NCBI RefSeq assembly: GCF_000025925.1
Contig: NC_014033.1
Span: forward strand, 1,590,001 to 1,622,000
DNA length: 32,000 nt
Origin: Xylanibacter ruminicola 23
GTDB lineage: Bacteria > Bacteroidota > Bacteroidia > Bacteroidales > Bacteroidaceae
Reading direction: 5' to 3'
A program made the translations under genes and the position numbers. The notes beneath the pieces were generated by a model. The model did not search any database, had not been told where the DNA came from, and was given only the letters and a program-made list of their open reading frames with translations. Every line of letters starts with the position of its first letter. Positions within the stretch are counted from its first letter, which is position 1. Positions 24,528 to 32,000 of the stretch are shown here, one piece after another.

Positions 24528-24611
24528 GTGCAAATTGAGCGAAATACAAAATAAATCACGATTTTTTTGTATTTCCGAGATGCAGTCTACCTTCGAGCGA
24601 AGCTCAAAGGC

Positions 24612-24650
24612 AAAAAAGACCGCAGATTCGAAAACCTGCGGTCTTTTTTT
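24612..24650. terminator. Bidirectional rho-independent terminator downstream of uxaC
   Basis: AAAAAAGACCGCAG-attcgaaaac-CTGCGGTCTTTTTTT. The GACCGCAG/CTGCGGTC stem is flanked by A6 and T7 runs. It starts 2 nt after the uxaC stop. Confidence 0.8.
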
Positions 24651-24651
24651 A

Positions 24652-26058
24652 TTAGTAGAATTTAAAGTAGCGTCGGGCGTTGTTATAACTGATGTCCTCA
24701 ACCATGCGACTCAGAATCTCCATATCGCAAGGCAGAAGGCCCTTCTCAACGTCGTTTCCGAGCATATTACACAGAATGCGACGGAAGTACTCATGACGTG
24801 GATAGCTCAGGAACGAACGGCTATCGGTAAGCATACCAACAAAGCGGCTCAGCAAACCAAGAACCGAAAGGGCATTCATCTGACGAACCATACCGTCCAT
24901 CTGGTCGTTGAACCACCAGCCTGAACCGAACTGAATCTTACCTGGCTCGCCACCCTGGAAGTTACCCAGCATAGTAGCAATCACCTCGTTGGCACAAGGA
25001 TTCAGAGTATATAAGATGGTACGTGTAAGCTTATCCTTCATGTTCAGCTTGTTCAGGAAAGTCGACATAGCCTTAGCGGTATTGAACTCACCGATAGAAT
25101 CGAAACCTGTATCAGGACCGAGCTGGTTAAACATCTTGGTATTGTTATCGCGGATAGCGCCATAGTGGAACTGCTGTGTCCAGTCGGCATCAGCATCCAT
25201 CTCAGCCATTACTGTCAGGAAGCAGTTCTTAAACTGACGAACTTCGAGCTTAGAAAGCGACTGTCCACGCATAGCCTTCTCGAAGATGGTCTCGATCTCA
25301 GAATCGGTGTACTCCTCATCGTAGAACTCCTCGATACCATGGTCAGAAAGCTTACAACCATTCTCGGCAAAGAAATCGTGGCGCTTCTGCAGAGCATCAA
25401 CCATATCTGCAAACTTCACGATGTTCACATCGCTAACCTCACCCAGCTGTTCTACATACTTAGAGAACTCAGCCTTCTCAATGTTCATTGCCTTGTCAGG
25501 ACGCCAGGCAGGAATCATCATAGGATCGTCCTTAGCCTTGGTCTTGGCATACTCAATGTGGTTATGCAGATCATCAACAGGATCATCAGTAGTACAAACA
25601 CACTCCACGTTGTAATGCTTCATCAGGCCACGAGCAGAGAACTCTGGCTGCTGAAGTTTCTCATTACACTCATCAAAAATCTCGCGTGCTGTCTTTGGCG
25701 AGAGCTGCTTCGTAATACCAAAAGCAGTCTTCAACTCCAGATGAGTCCAATGATAAAGAGGGTTACGGAATGTATAAGGAACGGTCTCAGCCCACTTCTC
25801 GAATTTCTCCCAATCAGAGGTATCCTTACCGGTGCAATACTTCTCGTCGATACCATTGGTACGCATGGCACGCCACTTATAGTGGTCGCCACCCAACCAC
25901 AACTCAGTAATACTCTTAAACTTGTGGTCTTTGGCCACCATCTCAGGAATCAAATGACAATGATAGTCGATAATGGGCATTTTAGCCGCATGATTGTGAT
26001 ACAGGTCCTGTGCCACCTGGGTCTCCAGAACGAAGTTCTCATCATTGAACTGCTTCAT
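24652..26058 (-). CDS. uxaC: Glucuronate isomerase
   Basis: MPIIDYHCHL and GDHYKWRAMR signatures. 468 aa. Confidence 0.95.
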   Translation of the reverse strand: MKQFNDENFVLETQVAQDLYHNHAAKMPIIDYHCHLIPEMVAKDHKFKSITELWLGGDHYKWRAMRTNGIDEKYCTGKDTSDWEKFEKWAETVPYTFRNPLYHWTHLELKTAFGITKQLSPKTAREIFDECNEKLQQPEFSARGLMKHYNVECVCTTDDPVDDLHNHIEYAKTKAKDDPMMIPAWRPDKAMNIEKAEFSKYVEQLGEVSDVNIVKFADMVDALQKRHDFFAENGCKLSDHGIEEFYDEEYTDSEIETIFEKAMRGQSLSKLEVRQFKNCFLTVMAEMDADADWTQQFHYGAIRDNNTKMFNQLGPDTGFDSIGEFNTAKAMSTFLNKLNMKDKLTRTILYTLNPCANEVIATMLGNFQGGEPGKIQFGSGWWFNDQMDGMVRQMNALSVLGLLSRFVGMLTDSRSFLSYPRHEYFRRILCNMLGNDVEKGLLPCDMEILSRMVEDISYNNARRYFKFY

Positions 26059-26097
26059 AAAACTGTTTGTTTATAGGTCCTTCTTAAAATTTTTCTG

Positions 26098-26105
26098 CAA
26101 AGTTA
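26098..26105 (-). promoter_or_regulatory. -7 promoter box TAACTTTG for uxaC
   Basis: TAnnTTTG match on the minus strand, 39 nt upstream of the ATG at 26058. Confidence 0.5.
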
Positions 26106-26128
26106 ATTAAAATCTCGGAGAAAAGCAC

Positions 26129-26136
26129 TATCTTTG
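26129..26136 (+). promoter_or_regulatory. -7 promoter box TATCTTTG for ansA
   Basis: TAnnTTTG match 21 nt upstream of the ATG at 26158. Confidence 0.5.
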
Positions 26137-26157
26137 CAGAAAAATAAAACGTAAACG

Positions 26158-27195
26158 ATGACGTACCGTAGCAAAGTCCTCTTAATATACACAGGAGGCA
26201 CCATTGGCATGAACCGGAACCCTCGCACTGGGGCTCTGGAGCCGTTTGATTTTGAACACCTATTATATAATGTACCCGAACTGAAGCAGTTTGATATCAC
26301 CATCGAAACATACCAGTTCGATCCACCTATTGATTCGAGTGACATGTCGCCTGCCATGTGGACAGATCTGTAGCATTGTATCGCCGACCACTACGATCAG
26401 TACGATGGATTTGTAGTACTACATGGCACCGACACGATGGCCTTTACCGCCTCAGCCCTGTCGTATATGCTTGAGAACCTCACCAAACCCGTGATTTTCA
26501 CTGGTTCGCAGTTACCTATCGGACAGCTGAGAACAGATGGTAAGGAAAATCTTATCACAGCCATAGAGATTGCTGCAGCCAAAGATAGAGAAGGACATGC
26601 TTTGGTACCCGAAGTAGGTATTTATTTCGGCGGTCATCTGCTTCGTGGCAATCGTACTACCAAACAGAGCGCCGAGGAGTTTAATGCCTTCGAATCATTC
26701 AACTACCCCCATTTGGTTGAAGCTGGTGTAAACATCACCTATTACCACGATCGCATGCTGAAGCCTGATTGGAGCAAGCCGATGGCTCCCCACTTTCGCA
26801 TGGACAATAATGTGATTATCTTCTCGCTCTTCCCAGGCATCCGTGAGGATCTGATCCGTCACATCATTCATACCCCTAATCTGAAAGCCATTGTGATGCG
26901 TACCTTTGGCAGTGGCAACGCGCCCCAACGCCCATGGTTGCTGAATGCTTTACGTGAGGGAACCCGCAATGGTAAGGTAATCGTGAACATCAGTCAATGT
27001 ATGCAGGGTGCCGTTGAGATGGGCCGCTACGACAACGGATACCATCTGCAAGAGGCTGGTGTTATCAGTGGTCGCGATTCTACCGTTGAAGCTGCAGTTA
27101 CCAAACTGATGTTCCTGCAGGCACACTACCCCGACGATCCGGAAACAGTTCGCAAATACATGCAACAAAGCATAAGAGGAGAGATATCGTTTTAG
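26158..27195 (+). pseudogene. ansA: Type I (cytoplasmic) L-asparaginase interrupted by a single in-frame TAG at 26371-26373
   Basis: Track ORFs 26158-26373 and 26437-27195 are in the same frame (both = 1 mod 3). Reading through the TAG gives continuous asparaginase sequence: LLIYTGGTIGM...[59 protein letters not shown]. Confidence 0.85.
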
Positions 27196-27218
27196 TGATA
27201 TCTCTCCTCTTATTTTTT
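27178..27218. terminator. Bidirectional terminator shared by convergent ansA and nrdG
   Basis: Perfect 11-bp stem GGAGAGATATC-gttttagt-GATATCTCTCC followed by TCTTATTTTTT. The ansA stop codon sits in the loop. Confidence 0.7.
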
Positions 27219-27677
27219 CCAGAACCACGAGGTCACATCCTCCATCTCGCCGTCTTCTTTGATCTTATACAACCTTTGATTCGTCTTCGGATCCTTCAAA
27301 GGACCTAAGTGCTTGATAAACGGTCCTATCTTGATATAGTCGAAATCGCGCTTGTTGATAGCCGATGAGATGACCGTTTTACCACTATACCAAGCTACTT
27401 TGAACTCAGGGTGTACCTCTCGGATATATAATGCCAGCTGGTTAACGGCCTTGGGTTCGGCATCACCACCCATAAACGAGATACAGGTAATATCAGTACC
27501 GAACTTCTCTACAAACGCATCAATAGCTTCAGTATCAAGGGGCAATCCAATATCTTCCCAAAGGTAATAGCTATGACACCCAGGACAGCGACACGGGCAA
27601 TTACTAATGTTAATTGCCAGTGTCACTTCGTCGGGTATCTCTTGAAAAACTATGCCGGTATTTACGTATTTTAGCAT
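27210..27677 (-). CDS. nrdG: Anaerobic ribonucleoside-triphosphate reductase activating protein (radical SAM)
   Basis: CPCRCPGCHS cluster motif near the N-terminus. 155 aa. 7-nt overlap with the nrdD 3' end. Confidence 0.9.
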   Translation of the reverse strand: MLKYVNTGIVFQEIPDEVTLAINISNCPCRCPGCHSYYLWEDIGLPLDTEAIDAFVEKFGTDITCISFMGGDAEPKAVNQLALYIREVHPEFKVAWYSGKTVISSAINKRDFDYIKIGPFIKHLGPLKDPKTNQRLYKIKEDGEMEDVTSWFWKK

Positions 27678-29776
27678 AATTGTTTCTGTCCTGCATAGTA
27701 GCGACGTGAAGCCTCTTCCTGACGAGCCTGTGAGAAGTTGCTAACACGCTTCAAGTAGCCGATAATACGGGTCATGTAGTCAACATTCTTAGAATGACAA
27801 TGCGGACACTCCTTCAGATAGCGCTTGTCGATATGACCACAATCATTACATACAGTATTAGGAATATTGAATGTAAAGTAGTTACATCCTTCCTTAGCAG
27901 CCACCTTCAGCAGGTGCAGATACTGCTCTTTCGACAGATGCTCGTCGAGATTCATATGCAGAGCCGAACCACCAGTAAGATGCTCAATATATGGTGCACC
28001 ATGCAGCTTGAACTTATCGATAATGGTCAGCGAGTCATCCTCTACTACATAGAAGTAGCTGTTATAGCAATCACGTGGCACAAAGTAACCATCCTCACGA
28101 TCCCATTTAGCATGCTTTACACCTACATTCTCTGCAGGAATCATCTCACAGTTGAACATCACCTCCTTAGAGCGGTACTGCTTGTTGTACTTCTCAATCA
28201 GTCCAAGAATACCCTGAACAAAATGCAGATACTCGTCGTTTGGAGTAATCTTCAGACCCATGAATTCAGCAGCCTCAACCAAACCATTGATACCGATTGT
28301 GAGGTACTGACGGGCAATATTGATATAACCAGCATCGAACAGTGGTAACATACCCTGCTGCTGCAGATCCTTCAAATTCTCGTTGTAAGCCAACTGTACT
28401 TTATGGCACAGATCGATCACACCACTCAGATACTCCAGATAATCCAACTTGTGGTTGACGGCATACTGGATACAACGGTTCAGGTTGATAGTGAGCACAC
28501 TCTTAGAACCAGTACTTACACCGCCTGCACCAAGCGTATAGCTGAAACCATTATCAGTAATCTCGTTACGCAAACGGCAGCAACTCGACAAAGAGTCGGC
28601 ATTATCGCTCATATAGGTAAAGAACGAGTGTCCCTCAGCATACATTTCGGCTGTAAACTCGCCCCACTCCTTATCCTTGCAGTTACCATTCTCATCTACC
28701 AAAAGAGCCATAGTCTCAACAGGGAAAGTCAGCAAAGTCTTGGTACGCTCATGGTTAAACCACTTCATGAAGCGCTTCTGCAACCATGAAAGTCCCTCCC
28801 AATCGGGCTTAGAGCCATCGGGGAAGTAGAACTCACCAAAGATACTCTCGAAATAGTAACGATCGTAGTAGGCAATATTCCAGAATACTGCCTGATAGTT
28901 ACGAGCACCTGTTGGCTGGTTCAAGGTATAAACAATCTGCTCAAAGTAATCAGTTATAATCTTATCAATGGTACGCTTCTTCAAACTCAGGTCTGCCTGG
29001 TCTTGTGAGCGCTTATAGTAATCCAGTCCGTACTCCTTACCCAGGAAATAGTTCATATACATCAGGAACTCAGGTGTAGCACAGGCACCACTCAGCATTG
29101 AACTTACCATAAACACCATATTCACAAAGCCACCAGCAAACGACTTCATGTTGGTAGGAGCAGTAGAGTTACCACCAATAGCCACAGTACCACCAATCAA
29201 CCAAGGATACATGGTGATAGAAGCACAATAGTTGGCCAACGAAGTCTCGTCGTTCTTATATATAAAGTGGTGTGTCAGCTTGTCGATATATTCATCGGCC
29301 AACTGCTTACCATACATTTTCTTAATACGATCAGTGAGGAGTCGACGGTTCAGACGGATAAAGTTCGACTTTGGCAGCTCACCAATCAGTGTAGCAATAT
29401 TCTTATGCTCTACATTGGCATTTGCATCGTACTTTGATCCTGTAGCAGCATTCACCGATTCGCAGTATTCTGAAAGGAACACCATTTTCTCGAGTGTCTC
29501 ACGATCCTCAGAGTGCAACTGACGATAGAGAATAAACGATTTGGCAACCTTATAATAGCCTTCACGCATAAGTGCTTCTTCCACCTGGTTCTGAATATCC
29601 TCCACAGTAATGTTGTCATGCATGTCAAGGTGATTCAAGATTTTAGATACGATGGCTAGGTCAGCAGGTTCCTGAACGCTCTCGAAAGCCTTTACGATAG
29701 CATTCATAATTTTGTCGAGTGAGAACAAATCCTTCGATCCGTCTCGCTTGGTGATGGTAAAGTTTTTAATTTCCAT
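27671..29776 (-). CDS. nrdD: Anaerobic ribonucleoside-triphosphate reductase (class III)
   Basis: N-terminal ATP-cone (ITKRDGSKDLFSLDKIMNAIVKAFE). C-terminal Zn ribbon CNDCGH...CPHCHS and glycyl-radical region TRIIGYLKRV. 701 aa. Confidence 0.95.
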   Translation of the reverse strand: MEIKNFTITKRDGSKDLFSLDKIMNAIVKAFESVQEPADLAIVSKILNHLDMHDNITVEDIQNQVEEALMREGYYKVAKSFILYRQLHSEDRETLEKMVFLSEYCESVNAATGSKYDANANVEHKNIATLIGELPKSNFIRLNRRLLTDRIKKMYGKQLADEYIDKLTHHFIYKNDETSLANYCASITMYPWLIGGTVAIGGNSTAPTNMKSFAGGFVNMVFMVSSMLSGACATPEFLMYMNYFLGKEYGLDYYKRSQDQADLSLKKRTIDKIITDYFEQIVYTLNQPTGARNYQAVFWNIAYYDRYYFESIFGEFYFPDGSKPDWEGLSWLQKRFMKWFNHERTKTLLTFPVETMALLVDENGNCKDKEWGEFTAEMYAEGHSFFTYMSDNADSLSSCCRLRNEITDNGFSYTLGAGGVSTGSKSVLTINLNRCIQYAVNHKLDYLEYLSGVIDLCHKVQLAYNENLKDLQQQGMLPLFDAGYINIARQYLTIGINGLVEAAEFMGLKITPNDEYLHFVQGILGLIEKYNKQYRSKEVMFNCEMIPAENVGVKHAKWDREDGYFVPRDCYNSYFYVVEDDSLTIIDKFKLHGAPYIEHLTGGSALHMNLDEHLSKEQYLHLLKVAAKEGCNYFTFNIPNTVCNDCGHIDKRYLKECPHCHSKNVDYMTRIIGYLKRVSNFSQARQEEASRRYYAGQKQLC

Positions 29777-29825
29777 GTTATTGTCTCTGTTTTTATTTAT
29801 GTTTTGTTATTTAATTCTCTCCCAA

Positions 29826-29880
29826 AGTTTTCTTTTTTGGAAACTTTTTTGTTTTTGAATTCGGAAAAGTTTTCCAAAAA
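29826..29880. repeat. nrdD/rbr intergenic element copy A (contains perfect palindrome GGAAAAGTTTTCC at 29863-29875)
   Basis: AGTTTTCTTTTTTGGAAACTTTTTTGTTTTTGAATTCGGAAAAGTTTTCCAAAAA. Internal inverted arms CTTTTTTGGAAACTTTT / AAAAGTTTTCCAAAAAG. About 80 percent identical to copy B by eye. Confidence 0.75.
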
Positions 29881-29899
29881 GTAAAACCGAATACGGTTG

Positions 29900-29907
29900 C
29901 AAAGATA
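29900..29907 (-). promoter_or_regulatory. -7 promoter box TATCTTTG for nrdDG
   Basis: TAnnTTTG match on the minus strand, 123 nt upstream of the ATG at 29776. This would place element copy A in the nrdD 5' leader. Confidence 0.5.
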
Positions 29908-30123
29908 CAAAATATGCCAGAAAAAGCATTCTCGACAAGCCAAAAATTTCTCTAAAATAAAGTTAATATTGAAATAATACGCTACAATAACAATGTATAA
30001 CATACTGATTCATAGACACTTCTACAATTTCACGACAGCATCGTCTTTTAAATTAAAGCTTTCACAACAGAAAATCTCCAATTTGCAGTCAGTATTCTTT
30101 TTGGAACACCACCACATACACCA

Positions 30124-30175
30124 AGATTTTCTTTTTGGAAAACTTTTCGTTTTTAAAAATCAGAAAAGTTTCCCG
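30124..30175. repeat. nrdD/rbr intergenic element copy B (plus a left-arm-only fragment at 30092-30108)
   Basis: AGATTTTCTTTTTGGAAAACTTTTCGTTTTTAAAAATCAGAAAAGTTTCCCG. Near-palindrome GGAAAACTTTTC at 30137-30148. Arms GGAAAACTTTTC / GAAAAGTTTCCC. Confidence 0.75.
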
Positions 30176-30293
30176 TTTTAACATTTTACAACAATCCATT
30201 TCCCCTCCCACGCGTACCTTATTATATATAATAGAGAATACTAAAATAACACAAAAAGAAAGCCTAAAACTTGCTGATATCAATTTATTATTG

Positions 30294-30301
30294 TATCTTT
30301 G
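30294..30301 (+). promoter_or_regulatory. -7 promoter box TATCTTTG for rubrerythrin
   Basis: TAnnTTTG match 42 nt upstream of the ATG at 30344. It is followed at once by an inverted copy (CAAAAATA, 30303-30310). Confidence 0.5.
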
Positions 30302-30343
30302 CCAAAAATATCATTTAAACAATTAAACTAAACAAGTACAATT

Positions 30344-30886
30344 ATGAAGGATCTTAAAGGAACAAAAACCGAGAAGAATCTGCAGGAAGCATTTGCAGGT
30401 GAGTCAATGGCACGCAACAAGTACAGTTACTGGGCATCAAAGGCCAAGAAGGACGGCTTTGTACAGATAGCCGCCATTTTCGAGGAGACAGCTAACAACG
30501 AGAAGGAGCACGCCAAGATGTGGTTCAAGCTTTTGGAAGGTGGTGCAATCAAGAGCACACCAGAGAATCTGGAAGCTGCTGCTGCTGGCGAGAACTATGA
30601 GTGGACCGACATGTATGCACGCATGGCCCAGGAAGCACGCGAGGAAGGATTCAACGAGATTGCCGCCAAATTCGAACTCGTAGCCAAAGTAGAGGCAGAG
30701 CACGAGGCACGCTACCGCAAACTGCTCGACAACGTTAAGAAGGAGCGTGTATTCTCTAAGGACAATGATGTTATCTGGCAGTGCAGCAACTGCGGCCACA
30801 TTGTTATCGGCAAGAAGGCTCCACAGGTATGTCCTGTCTGCGATCATCCACAGGCTTACTTCCAGGTAAAAGCAGAGAACTATTAA
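30344..30886 (+). CDS. rbr: Rubrerythrin
   Basis: N-terminal diiron ferritin-like domain ([35 protein letters not shown]) and a C-terminal rubredoxin-like CSNCGH...CPVCDH. 180 aa. Confidence 0.95.
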   Translation: MKDLKGTKTEKNLQEAFAGESMARNKYSYWASKAKKDGFVQIAAIFEETANNEKEHAKMWFKLLEGGAIKSTPENLEAAAAGENYEWTDMYARMAQEAREEGFNEIAAKFELVAKVEAEHEARYRKLLDNVKKERVFSKDNDVIWQCSNCGHIVIGKKAPQVCPVCDHPQAYFQVKAENY

Positions 30887-30896
30887 AGATTAATTT

Positions 30897-30957
30897 TTCT
30901 AAGTACTTTGCAACAAAAAAGTACTTAGATTGCAATCGCTCTCTAAGTACTTTTCAA
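30897..30957 (+). repeat. Structured intergenic element copy 2 (three AAGTACTT cores; plus orientation)
   Basis: Cores at 30901-30908, 30919-30926 and 30945-30952 (spacing 18 and 26, the mirror image of copy 1). Confidence 0.75.
30898..30929. terminator. Hairpin between convergent rbr and wecB (part of repeat copy 2)
   Basis: Perfect 12-bp stem TCTAAGTACTTT-gcaacaaa-AAAGTACTTAGA. There is no strong T-run immediately 3' on the plus strand, and a T5 run precedes it (so it follows the hairpin on the minus strand). Confidence 0.55.
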
Positions 30958-30969
30958 AAACAAGCCTGT

Positions 30970-32000
30970 TTAGGCAAGTATAATCTGAACAATGCGCTCT
31001 GCTGTTCGACCATCCCAACGGTCAGGCAGGGCGCATTTCTTCCAATCGCCGCTCACCATTTTCTTAACAGCTTCACTTAGTTTGTCTGCATCCTCACCAA
31101 CCAACACATTCGAACCTACATTCACCGTTTCCTGATGCTCGGTATAATTATTCAGAGTGATACAAGGTACACTATTAAAGGTAGCCTCTTCCGACACATT
31201 GCCCGAATCGGTAATAATACCAAGTGCATGAGCAGTTAACCAACCAAACTCCAAGTAGCTCAAAGGATCAACAATATCAATAGCCAAGCCCATGCGCTCA
31301 ACCACCTTACGGGCTTCGCCACGCAAAGGTGCAACAATTCGCATGCCATTAGCCGAAGCCACCATAGCCTTCAGCATTTTCTCCAAATTATCAATATCAG
31401 CAATCAGCGCTTTACGGTTCAGTGTAAATACCAGATACTGTTTCTCTTCAAGTGATGGGATCGAAGCTGGCTTCTTCATACGGTCGTAGTTATATCGCAA
31501 AGTATCCATCAGGATATTACCCACCATATAGGTCTGCGAACTCTCCGACTGCTCACGAGTAGCTATGCCCGTACTCTTCACACCAGCCGTGAACAGATAG
31601 TCAGACAAGGCATCTATCACCAAACGGTTGATTTCCTTAGGCATATTGATATTAAACGAGCGTGTACCAGCTACCAGATGCGCCAAGCGGATACCACGTT
31701 TCTTGGTTACTATGGCAGCAGCCATAGTCGAGGCCAGATCATCCACCACGATCACCACATCAATCTGATGCGCATCGAGGAAAGCATCGAAACGGGCCAT
31801 GACCTGACTGGTAATCTCGTTCAGACTCGTTGAATCTACACCTAAGTAATATTGTGGACGTGGCATCTGCAAATCATCAAACAGCGATGCCTCAAGCGTT
31901 GGATCGTTCTCACTACCTGCATAAACCAACAAACATGTTGCTTCAGGATTTTTATTGATGGCTCTTACCAAAGGTGACACCTTAACGAAATTTGGGCGAG
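30970..32000 (-). CDS. wecB: UDP-N-acetylglucosamine 2-epimerase (non-hydrolysing), 5' end beyond window
   Basis: The frame stays open to base 32000 (..RPNFVKVSPLVRAINKN..), matching the GTRPNF/E-xxK-xxPL N-terminal epimerase motif. HLVAGTRSF, TDSGNVSEEA and ERIVQIIL features. The track start at 31980 is an internal GTG. Confidence 0.85.
   Translation of the reverse strand, partial: RPNFVKVSPLVRAINKNPEATCLLVYAGSENDPTLEASLFDDLQMPRPQYYLGVDSTSLNEITSQVMARFDAFLDAHQIDVVIVVDDLASTMAAAIVTKKRGIRLAHLVAGTRSFNINMPKEINRLVIDALSDYLFTAGVKSTGIATREQSESSQTYMVGNILMDTLRYNYDRMKKPASIPSLEEKQYLVFTLNRKALIADIDNLEKMLKAMVASANGMRIVAPLRGEARKVVERMGLAIDIVDPLSYLEFGWLTAHALGIITDSGNVSEEATFNSVPCITLNNYTEHQETVNVGSNVLVGEDADKLSEAVKKMVSGDWKKCALPDRWDGRTAERIVQIILA

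Noticed and set aside
24541-24577. Inverted repeat GAAATACAAAA-N-TTTTGTATTTC upstream of the rluA-family promoter as a regulatory hairpin
   Set aside because: It is real in the sequence, but it is AT-only and lies between a strong bidirectional terminator and the promoter box. It has no second copy in the window. Evidence is insufficient to assign a function.
25165-26076. 303-aa ORF antisense to uxaC
   Set aside because: It is fully contained in glucuronate isomerase on the other strand and has no motifs or start context. Shadow ORF.
26371-26373. TAG in ansA as evidence of stop-codon reassignment or pyrrolysine
   Set aside because: TAG is the terminal stop of at least six other genes in this window: the lipoprotein at 562, udk at 4690, menA at 21833, the HD gene at 23471, the small ORF at 23448, and ansA itself at 27193. 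No pyl genes are seen. An ordinary nonsense codon or a sequencing error is far more likely.
27794-28789. 184-aa and 128-aa plus-strand ORFs inside nrdD
   Set aside because: They are antisense to an unambiguous class III RNR gene. Shadow ORFs.
29777-29900. NrdR box or cobalamin riboswitch in the nrdD leader
   Set aside because: I could not find the NrdR-type palindromic box pair or the GC-rich conserved core of a B12 riboswitch. The leader is extremely AT-rich. A covariance-model scan is needed for certainty.
29797-30326. Four 62-68-aa ORFs in the nrdD/rbr spacer, two of which share a peptide FKNxKxSKK
   Set aside because: The shared peptide is simply repeat copies A and B read in the same frame. 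The sequences are AT-rich and low-complexity (F/K/N/I), some start at non-ATG codons, and one would span the predicted nrdD promoter. I treat the region as non-coding, but I flag it as a finding.
1-32000. Mobile element, prophage, defence island, CRISPR, tRNA or rRNA
   Set aside because: There are no integrase, transposase, phage or cas-like ORFs. There are no long terminal inverted or direct repeats and no GC-rich cloverleaf-like segments in any intergenic gap. Gene content is housekeeping, with uniform composition as judged by eye.

Overview
The window looks like a densely packed core-chromosome segment of a Bacteroidota genome, probably Prevotellaceae-like. That placement is an inference. 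It rests on 19 intergenic matches to the Bacteroidota -7 promoter box TAnnTTTG placed just upstream of start codons, on the absence of Shine-Dalgarno-type spacing, on lipoprotein and beta-barrel envelope genes, on a hybrid two-component regulator with an AraC output, and on the bamD-rpoZ-DUF4293 arrangement. I call 33 protein-coding genes, two of them cut by the window edges and two under 60 aa and therefore missing from the ORF track. Recognisable products are a sugar transferase, a Wzi-like OMP, udk, L31 type B, gpx, trxB, an SSS symporter, TrpB2, BamD, RpoZ, UvrB, MenA, an RluA-family synthase, UxaC, AnsA, NrdD/NrdG, rubrerythrin and WecB. I see no rRNA, tRNA, CRISPR array, transposase, integrase or phage gene, and no recognisable multi-gene defence or secretion island. 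I cannot honestly point to a clear novel system. The points most worth a second look are: (1) an in-frame TAG splitting an otherwise intact type I asparaginase; (2) a 567-bp empty nrdD/rbr divergent region holding two ~50-nt copies of a palindrome-containing element; (3) a ~60-65-nt structured intergenic element with three AAGTAC[T/C]T cores, present twice in the same orientation relative to the upstream gene; (4) a sensor-less hybrid HK/RR/AraC regulator with perfect direct repeats next to its own promoter and an 80-bp convergent overlap with a symporter; (5) a secreted His/Arg/aromatic-rich repeat protein; (6) an uncharacterised DUF4468 / micro-membrane-protein / putative-porin operon preceded by a triple direct repeat. 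All product calls come from motif recognition by eye; no searches were run.
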